From positions 1 through 13,070 of the forward strand of contig CAZSOZ010000010.1 of assembly GCA_964608675.1 (NCBI GenBank): 13,070 nucleotides of DNA. The letters run 5' to 3'. Below are positions 1 through 6,366 of the stretch, in pieces (the stretch's first letter is position 1; the number at the start of each line of letters is the position of its first letter). The stretch is from an uncultured archaeon (GTDB lineage Archaea > Iainarchaeota > Iainarchaeia > Iainarchaeales > 1-14-0-10-31-34). The notes under the pieces were generated by a model. It was not told where the DNA came from. It did not search any database and was given only the letters and a program-made list of their open reading frames with translations. The position numbers and the translations under genes were made by a program.

Positions 1-21
1 TGCCAGCTTATTTCCAGTCGC

Positions 22-126
22 TCACTTGTCCCACGAAAATGGATAAGAGCGTTCGACAAAAGGGGGAACATTCCTCAAGAGGGTGATTTGCCGGGATAGC
101 TGATCCTCGGAGGATGATGAACCCAT
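22..126 (-). CDS. Putative 34-aa small ORF (MGSSSSEDQLSRQITLLRNVPPFVERSYPFSWDK); a peptide or a truncated gene remnant
   Basis: Manual minus-strand translation: ATG at 126, TGA at 24-22. AAGGAG (ctcctt at 133-138) lies 6 nt upstream. Too short for the ORF track. Confidence 0.4.
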   Translation of the reverse strand: MGSSSSEDQLSRQITLLRNVPPFVERSYPFSWDK

Positions 127-174
127 TCCGATCTCCTTGCTCTCACCAGTTGGTCAGTCAAAATTTGGCAGAAG

Positions 175-250
175 TTAACTAGAACACAGTGTCTCTGTGT
201 TGTTAAGTATAGATAGCTCCCGCTGGCTATGGTATCATAGTATAAAATAA
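175..250. promoter_or_regulatory. Divergent promoter region with inverted repeats and an extended -10 candidate
   Basis: TTAAC-tag-AACACAG-tgtct-CTGTGTT-GTTAA (175-206); CTATG-gtat-CATAG (227-240) overlapping TGgTATCAT (230-238); AT-rich tract 240-257. Confidence 0.45.
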
Positions 251-304
251 TATTAAAGGCAAGCGCCGTTGTAGCTATTATTCGAGTTAGAGGTAGGCAA
301 TAGA

Positions 305-667
305 ATGAATACGTTTACCTGGTTGTTGATGGGGCACTTGATAGGAGACTGGGTGCTGCAAAATGACTGGATGGCGAAGGACAAGCGACGGGGATGGGTC
401 ACGCCGGGCGGCCTGGCCCACTTCGCGATCTACACAGCGACCAGTTTCGGCGCCCTCGTCGTTTCTGGGCAGAACGATCCGTCTTTTTGCCTCGCGCCAG
501 GGCTCGTCATTTTCGTCTCTCACTGGCTGATCGACGCCGGGGACGTCGCCGGGCGCTGGATGCGCCTCTTCCGGCAGAGCGATCTGACGTGGGTGCGCGT
601 GGTGGTCGATCAAACACTCCATCTCCTGGTGTTGATGGTGCTGGCCATGTTTTCCTTCGGGATGTGA
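305..667 (+). CDS. DUF3307-family small membrane protein
   Basis: Motifs GHLIGDWVLQxxxMAxxK, H(F)AIY, SHWLID and DQTLH in a hydrophobic 120-aa protein; AGAGGT/AGG RBS-like sequence upstream. Confidence 0.88.
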   Translation: MNTFTWLLMGHLIGDWVLQNDWMAKDKRRGWVTPGGLAHFAIYTATSFGALVVSGQNDPSFCLAPGLVIFVSHWLIDAGDVAGRWMRLFRQSDLTWVRVVVDQTLHLLVLMVLAMFSFGM

Positions 668-703
668 GGAGGGAGCATAACTTCCAAATAGGGAGGTTGT
701 CAG

Positions 704-1855
704 ATGGCTTACGATAGAGAGATACGAGGCAGAATATCGAAATTGATGAGAGGTCTGCGAGCGAGGGCAGCGCCTCAACAGTTTGATCATAATCGAATCG
801 CCGGCCACGACGTTCGCATTGGACACTTGAATGGGACACGAGTCGAGCGATTCATCGTCCATTTCCGTTCCAATGGCTGTTTGTGGTGTAAAGCGAACGG
901 TGGTTGCACGATGTGTGGCTTTTGGAACGAGACAGCCCAAGGACACGAGGTGGTAACTGGGAAAGAGTTCGTCAATCAGTTCAAAGACGTGTTACATCGT
1001 TTTGACTTGCAAGAGTATCCGGTCCTGGGATTGTATAACGCCGGTTCCTTTTTGCAGGAAGAAGAGATCCCTTTTACAACGGTGGAGGAGATATTTCACC
1101 TCATAGCCGCGTACCTGCCGCATTTGAGGCAAGTGACTATAGAGAGTCGCGCGGAATACATCGGCAAGCAGAAACTCAGGAGCTTGCAGAACATCCTGGG
1201 GGACGATATCCAACTGGCGGTCGGGATGGGGTTCGACTCCGAGAATCACACTGTATGCAACCTAATCATCAACAAGGGAGTATCCAAGAAAGGGCTGGAG
1301 CGGGCGATAGAAATAACCAGGCAGCTAGATGTTCGATCCATTGTCTACGTGCTGCTCAAGCCTCCATTTCTGACTGAACGGGAGGCGATTGTGGACGCGG
1401 TCGAGAGCACCAGGTACGTCAGCGGGGTCGGCCCGACCGAGATCCACTACGAGACAGTGACCGTCGAGGCTGATACGCTGGTCGATCAGTTATACACGAG
1501 CGGTTTGTACAGACCAATGTGGCTGTGGAGTATCATCGAAATTCTGAAAAGGGTGCGTTCATTTGCTATGCCCTATATGACCCCTCTGCGGTACGTTGCT
1601 CAGGCGGTGGATGTGCCGCGCAACTGCCCCGCCTGCACGGAGATAGTGACAGATAGGATTTATAATCGGTACTGTTCGGACTGGGATTTGGCCCACTTCG
1701 CCGGTCTGGATTGCCCTTGCCGGGCGGAGTGGCTGGAGGCCGTACGCGAGGAGCCCTTGCTATCATTAGAGGAACGGGTTTGGGAGAGGGTGGAGGGGTT
1801 GGCGAAACGTAACTTGACGACATCAAGGGCTCTACCCGTGGTAACCCGAGGGTAG
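704..1855 (+). CDS. Radical SAM protein, TIGR01210 / archaeosine-synthesis RaSEA-like family
   Basis: GCLWCKANGGCTMCG (non-canonical cluster motif, nt 878-916), NAGSFL..EEI, IESRAEY, INKG, LLKPPFLTEREAI.D, YRPMWLWS and C-terminal RNCPAC...CPC.AEW, all matching the RaSEA/MJ0486-type pattern as I recall it. GGAGG RBS. Confidence 0.85.
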   Translation: MAYDREIRGRISKLMRGLRARAAPQQFDHNRIAGHDVRIGHLNGTRVERFIVHFRSNGCLWCKANGGCTMCGFWNETAQGHEVVTGKEFVNQFKDVLHRFDLQEYPVLGLYNAGSFLQEEEIPFTTVEEIFHLIAAYLPHLRQVTIESRAEYIGKQKLRSLQNILGDDIQLAVGMGFDSENHTVCNLIINKGVSKKGLERAIEITRQLDVRSIVYVLLKPPFLTEREAIVDAVESTRYVSGVGPTEIHYETVTVEADTLVDQLYTSGLYRPMWLWSIIEILKRVRSFAMPYMTPLRYVAQAVDVPRNCPACTEIVTDRIYNRYCSDWDLAHFAGLDCPCRAEWLEAVREEPLLSLEERVWERVEGLAKRNLTTSRALPVVTRG

Positions 1856-1937
1856 AGACCCTGCTTGGACAAGCACATCGTCAACAACGACGGATACGCG
1901 GACAGGTCGACACATCTTCCCTCTCTTGAGGAGATGT
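1827..1937 (+). terminator. Cluster of three hairpins at the 3' end of the radical SAM gene (no U-tract; possible terminator or RNA-stability element)
   Basis: CTCTACCC(1830-37)/GGGTAGAG(1850-57) spans the stop codon; TGCTTG-ga-CAAGCA (1862-1875); ACATCT..CCTC-tctt-GAGG-AGATGT (1912-1937). Confidence 0.3.
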
Positions 1938-1977
1938 CATTTAGAGCATAGAACACTCTTTGTAAAGGAACCAGCTT

Positions 1978-2235
1978 ATGCCATACGATGCTATTTACTA
2001 CTTGTTTTTGTTATTTTTGCTAATCACAGCCGTTATTGGAATCGCACTGGTTGTACTGGTTATCGGCGCATTCGTTCTTGGTCTGGCATCAACTATAGGG
2101 GGCATCATTGCCTACTGGCGGAGTAACAGCGGGACCATGCGTGTTCTCAGCGCAATTGCTGTTGGCTGTGGTATGACTTTGCTCTTAGCCATCGGTTTGT
2201 TTTTGTTATTTCTGGTTTACGCCTATGCATTTTAG
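1978..2235 (+). CDS. Small hydrophobic membrane protein (2-3 TM helices), hypothetical
   Basis: 85 aa, almost entirely hydrophobic; AAGGA RBS upstream. Confidence 0.7.
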   Translation: MPYDAIYYLFLLFLLITAVIGIALVVLVIGAFVLGLASTIGGIIAYWRSNSGTMRVLSAIAVGCGMTLLLAIGLFLLFLVYAYAF

Positions 2236-2354
2236 GAACGATGTCTGATTCAGAGGTTCACTACACTTGCTCGACCGCTTACTGTAGTTTGCTAAAAATT
2301 CGATTGCCAGTCTCAGCAGACAAACTCTCGTCATTTAAAGAGAAGGGAAAGCTT

Positions 2355-3434
2355 ATGTCCGAGAATAACTTGAAACGAGCCTATCAGTTGGTGCGGAAGA
2401 ATCCAGATGACCCAGAGGCTTGGATAAACTTGGGTAACTTACTGCAGGCCAGTGGAGACAAAGAGAAAGCAGCCCAGTGTTTTCAGCACGCACGACAATT
2501 GACCATTGCTCAAATCCCATCTCCGCCAACCCAGCCGGAAGAAACTATTTATTGCTCTCAGTGCGGCCACGCCAATCCGCCTGTAGCGAGGTTTTGTGGC
2601 GAGTGCGGTGCAACACTTGTAAGTGATAAATATTCATCTCCATCGCCGCCACCTTCTGTATCACCTCGAAAAAAGGAAAAAGGGGGTTCGTTGCCGAACT
2701 TCAAAACTACTGTTGGAAATCTGCCAGAGCCACTCGATTCTATGACTTCAACAGATCTTATCAAAATTCTCATCGGCGGTGGCATACTAGCGATCATCAT
2801 ATTGTTCTCGATTTTGCATGAATTTGTTGCCTTGATATTCGCACCGCTATATATAATCCCCATAGGATATGCTCTTACATTCGCCAAACAGGTGATTGAC
2901 ACTGATCAATATTTCCCCTTACCGCTCTGGACCAACTGGCGTGATATAGCTCGAAAGGGCGCCATTTTCTTTTTAATCCACGTAGCATATCTTGTACCTA
3001 GCCTTCTCCTACTTGGCATAACTGCCTTGCTGATATGGGGTATTGATACCCTTTCCTACGAGTTATCAGTTGAAGCGTTATCAGAGATCACAATCATGAT
3101 CGAAAATTTTGTGGAAACAATAGGTCCATTTATATTGGGGTTACTTTCCCTTCTGTCATGGGGGCTGGCTGACATGGCCACTTGCAATTACCTGCGGAAG
3201 GAAAAACTGGCTGCTGCCTTCCGCGTTATAAAAGTGTTTGGATACTTCAGGCGTGCTATACTTCGCCTTATACCAGGCTACTTACTTTACATTGTAGTCT
3301 TCTTGATCCTACAGGCTGCTGGCTGCGTACTATGTGGCGTGGGAATATTTGCCTCTCTGTTCATCGCTTTACTGCTCTATGAAGCCTTCTTGGCACATAT
3401 TTATCGAAGGGCCGAAATGTCTATCGAGAGATAA
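2355..3434 (+). CDS. TPR + zinc-ribbon + DUF4013 membrane protein
   Basis: Start moved to ATG 2355 (GAAGGGA RBS). TPR motif NPDDPEAWINLGNLLQASGDKEKAAQCF; ribbon CSQC-x10-CGEC; Pro-rich linker; DUF4013-like KILIGG...IPIGY...LPLWTNW...KG..Y with several TM helices. Confidence 0.82.
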   Translation: MSENNLKRAYQLVRKNPDDPEAWINLGNLLQASGDKEKAAQCFQHARQLTIAQIPSPPTQPEETIYCSQCGHANPPVARFCGECGATLVSDKYSSPSPPPSVSPRKKEKGGSLPNFKTTVGNLPEPLDSMTSTDLIKILIGGGILAIIILFSILHEFVALIFAPLYIIPIGYALTFAKQVIDTDQYFPLPLWTNWRDIARKGAIFFLIHVAYLVPSLLLLGITALLIWGIDTLSYELSVEALSEITIMIENFVETIGPFILGLLSLLSWGLADMATCNYLRKEKLAAAFRVIKVFGYFRRAILRLIPGYLLYIVVFLILQAAGCVLCGVGIFASLFIALLLYEAFLAHIYRRAEMSIER

Positions 3435-3539
3435 AAGCTCCCGATAGAAGTCAAGATTATCGCAAGCAAAAATCTGAGACTGTAACGTGAAATCCCAAAA
3501 GCCACTTTCATTTGGTAAAATAGTTGAGGAGGTGCGAAG

Positions 3540-4868
3540 GTGTCAGGTAAATTACAGCAGGCTATCAATGCCATACAGACAAATGACAAAGCAACCGCCG
3601 AGCGGTTGCTAACCGAAATACTGCAAAGTAACCCCCGTAATGAAGAGGCCTGGTTGTGGATGGCAAGGGCTACGGATTCCGATGACTATCAACAGCAGTG
3701 CTTCCGTAATGTGCTAAAGATTAACCCAGACAATGAAGCTGCTCAACAGGGTATAGCTGCACTGCAATCTGACAGATCTATCGTTGCCACACAACCACAG
3801 GAACCTGCTGTTGCGACAACGAAGGAAAAATTCCCAGATTTGAGTTACAGAGCCTTCCAACATCCATTGGATCGGGAAGCATTAAAGGCTCTTGAGAAGG
3901 TCAGGTTTCTGGATACTGTAGTCAGAAAATTCAGTGAGTGGTTCAGCGAGAAGAACTTTCGACTTCTCAGTGTTTCCAACAATATCCGGTTGGGTTCCAG
4001 GCAGTGTCCTAGTATTTACAACAAGTTTATTGAGGTTGCTACCATTTTGGATATGCCCAAGCTGCCAGAGGTATACGTTGACAGCACTTACACCATCAAT
4101 GCTTATGCATACGGCATGGAAAACTATACCATTACGTTATGTTCTGGATTGATCGATATGTTGACTGAGGATGAACTATTAGCTGTAATTGGACATGAGT
4201 TAGGGCACATTAAGTGCAATCATATGTTATACAAGACTATGGCTTTCATTCTGGCCGAGTTTGGCTCTGATCTGCTGAACAGCTTATTGCCAATGGGTAT
4301 CGGAATGGCCGCCACTATGGGAATTCAACTAGCTATCTATCAGTGGTATCGCATGGCCGAATATTCGTGTGACCGGGCAGCTCTGCTAGTGGTGCAAGAT
4401 CCGTCAGTTGTTGCCAATGCCTTAACCAAATTGGCCGGATATTCACGCAAGATTTTACCTGAACTCAATATGGAGGAGGTTTTACTTCAAGCAAGCGAAT
4501 ACGAGGAAACGAGTGGTGCGTTGGAGAAGACTATGAAGCTTTTTCAAATAGTTGGTCGTACCCATCCTATGCCTGTCGTAAGGGCAAAAGAAATCATGCA
4601 GTGGTCCCAGTCCGACGAATATCAGGAAATATTGGCAGGTAACTATCTTACGATGACGGATGAACTATCGCCCCGACAAACAGAGCAGCCAACCGGACCG
4701 GTTTGTCCTAATTGTAATACTGTCAACCCTGAGGGATACAAATTCTGTTACAAATGTAGGACCAAAGCTCCGCCAGAGGGCCAATGTGGAGGTATAACGT
4801 GTCCTCAATGTCATACAGTTATCCGAGCAGGGGCCAAGTTCTGCTTTAAATGTGGCGCTCAACTATAA
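3540..4868 (+). CDS. M48-family zinc metallopeptidase with an N-terminal TPR-like domain and a C-terminal double zinc ribbon
   Basis: GAGGAGGT RBS with GTG start. INAYAYG, ELLAVIGHELGH (HExxH at 4194-4208), AEYSCDRAA and THP. N-terminal NPRNEEAWLWMA..INPDN repeat; C-terminal CPNC/CYKC and CPQC/CFKC. Confidence 0.9.
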   Translation: MSGKLQQAINAIQTNDKATAERLLTEILQSNPRNEEAWLWMARATDSDDYQQQCFRNVLKINPDNEAAQQGIAALQSDRSIVATQPQEPAVATTKEKFPDLSYRAFQHPLDREALKALEKVRFLDTVVRKFSEWFSEKNFRLLSVSNNIRLGSRQCPSIYNKFIEVATILDMPKLPEVYVDSTYTINAYAYGMENYTITLCSGLIDMLTEDELLAVIGHELGHIKCNHMLYKTMAFILAEFGSDLLNSLLPMGIGMAATMGIQLAIYQWYRMAEYSCDRAALLVVQDPSVVANALTKLAGYSRKILPELNMEEVLLQASEYEETSGALEKTMKLFQIVGRTHPMPVVRAKEIMQWSQSDEYQEILAGNYLTMTDELSPRQTEQPTGPVCPNCNTVNPEGYKFCYKCRTKAPPEGQCGGITCPQCHTVIRAGAKFCFKCGAQL

Positions 4869-4889
4869 ATAACGTTGGAACGTGAAAAT

Positions 4890-5047
4890 TGGACTTTGGA
4901 CAAATCTTATTTGACCTTCCCGAAAGCTTTCAAGTGCGATGAAACTAGCTGAGAATTGCCTGAAAGCGAGCTTTTTTGACCTTTTAGGCTGTTCTTTTCA
5001 GCTTTCGGAGGATTGTTGGCGAAAATCTGAGCTTTATCCAAAGTCCA
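4890..5047. mobile_element. 158-bp MITE-like element / internally deleted IS remnant
   Basis: Terminal inverted repeats 4890-4909 TGGACTTTGGACAAATCTTA vs reverse complement of 5028-5047 TGGACTTTGGATAAAGCTCA (17/20, first 11 identical). Inner IR CCGAAAGCT (4920-28)/AGCTTTCGG (5000-08). No credible ORF. Confidence 0.6.
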
Positions 5048-5082
5048 GTAAAAAATAAGCTAGCGATTAAAAGGGAGAGATC

Positions 5083-5769
5083 ATGCTTTATTGTCCTGAA
5101 TGTGGTACAGCTAACCCAGAACAAGGAGTCTTTTGCACTGAATGCGGCACCGAACTGCCGCAGCCAATAACTTCGCAAACTTCTCGATCCATTACCAGTC
5201 GATCCTCCACATCAGCGCCTCAGTCACAATCACAAGGGGAATCCTGGTGGCAGCGGCTTGGGCCTGATTGGAAAGCGGCGATTTTGGTCTATTTGGGCTG
5301 GCTTGTTATGGAATCACTGGTAACTGTGACAGGCGGAGCAGGTTGTCTCTTTTCCTATCCTATTCTTGCGCTCATTGGCCTGGGTCAAGGGGTGCTTGTA
5401 ATGTACTATGCTTCTCGCGACAACCGCTACACCTCGGCAGACTGTTTCCGACTAGGAGCACGTTCGGCGCTATGGACTGTGATAGTGACAAAAGTGGGCG
5501 CTGTATTAGTCGCAGTGCTTTTTTCGGGAATGACTCTGGGGATGGCCCTGGCCATATTGCCAATTGTTCTTGCAGCCCAATTGGGGGGTACTGTGATCCA
5601 AACAGTGGCGATCATCCTGGGTTCCTGGCTCAGTGGTCAGTATAGAGGCAAAAAATTGATCGGTATACTAGTAGGTGTGGGGTGTAGTGCTGCTGTCATT
5701 CTTGGCATTTTGACTGCTATTCTGGTTGCTGTCTTGGGGGCGTTGGGGATTCCTTTGCTGCAGCAGTAG
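5083..5769 (+). CDS. Zinc-ribbon domain multi-pass membrane protein
   Basis: AAGGGAG RBS; N-terminal YCPECGTANPEQGVFCTECGTEL; S/Q/T-rich linker; about 5 hydrophobic segments. Confidence 0.85.
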   Translation: MLYCPECGTANPEQGVFCTECGTELPQPITSQTSRSITSRSSTSAPQSQSQGESWWQRLGPDWKAAILVYLGWLVMESLVTVTGGAGCLFSYPILALIGLGQGVLVMYYASRDNRYTSADCFRLGARSALWTVIVTKVGAVLVAVLFSGMTLGMALAILPIVLAAQLGGTVIQTVAIILGSWLSGQYRGKKLIGILVGVGCSAAVILGILTAILVAVLGALGIPLLQQ

Positions 5770-5804
5770 GCCCCTAGTCAATGCTTGGAGGAAGAAGTAC
5801 AACG

Positions 5805-6363
5805 ATGAATGTCTCAACCATCGGGCAAGATGCCTGTACTGATGGAACATCCTACTGTCCACAGTGCGGCTCGGAGATGGAAGCGCTAGCTTGTTACTGT
5901 TCCCAGTGCGGGACAAAAGTGCCCGGGGAATATGCCGCGCAAGCCCAAAAGCGACTATCGGTGGAGCCGGTCACGTTGTTGCCAGCCCAGATGTTGGGTT
6001 CCCGTTTTCACAGCAAATACTACGGGCGACTCATCTGCGCGGACAACGCGCTCTACTTCATTCAGGGGTGCGAGGTGTCGGTTACGGTCTTGGGTGGGCT
6101 TGCCGTTTATTCTTTGGAAAGAGCGACGAGCCAAGAAAGGCCTTGCCGGTATCACGCACTTGTCGCCCGCGAAATAGGCGCAGATGATGCCTGGCTTGTT
6201 CAGGCTAGCGATCTCCGAGATCGCCAGCTATGACATCTTTCTCAACGCCATAGACCTGCGTCTCAAGAACAGCCGAAAGATACGGTTCGCTGTAGGTGTT
6301 CACAAGTTGAAGGTCGAACTGTTTTTACAACAGCAGGGCGTACTATGTGAAGAAAAGGGGTAA
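5805..6363 (+). pseudogene. Zinc-ribbon protein, probably frameshifted near 6175-6230 (frame-3 ORF ends at 6233; a frame-1 continuation ends at 6363)
   Basis: GGAGG RBS before ATG 5805; YCPQCG..YCSQCG ribbon; YYGRLICADNALYF. An overlapping open frame 6178-6363 (..PGLFRLAISEIASYDIFLNAIDLRLKNSRKIRFAVG..) stops 3 nt before the next gene. Confidence 0.55.
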
Positions 6364-6366
6364 AAG

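Noticed and set aside
127-304. preQ1 or SAM riboswitch upstream of the radical SAM unit
   Set aside because: I could not recognise the consensus elements of either. An Rfam cmscan would settle it.
287-946. 219-aa minus-strand ORF and other overlaps of the first two genes
   Set aside because: They overlap well-supported DUF3307 and radical SAM genes and show no family features.
704-1855. Assigning the symbol raSEA or elp3
   Set aside because: There is no GNAT domain, so it is not Elp3. Family membership is clear, but archaeosine function is unsupported without ArcS/ArcTGT context.
2241-2354. Upstream start for the TPR-DUF4013 gene
   Set aside because: ATG 2355 has a better RBS and coincides with the start of the TPR domain; the 38-aa extension looks non-coding. 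It is not fully excluded.
6231-6350. Selenocysteine readthrough of the TGA at 6231
   Set aside because: The same-frame continuation is not protein-like and no convincing SECIS hairpin was seen. The +1 frame explains the region better.
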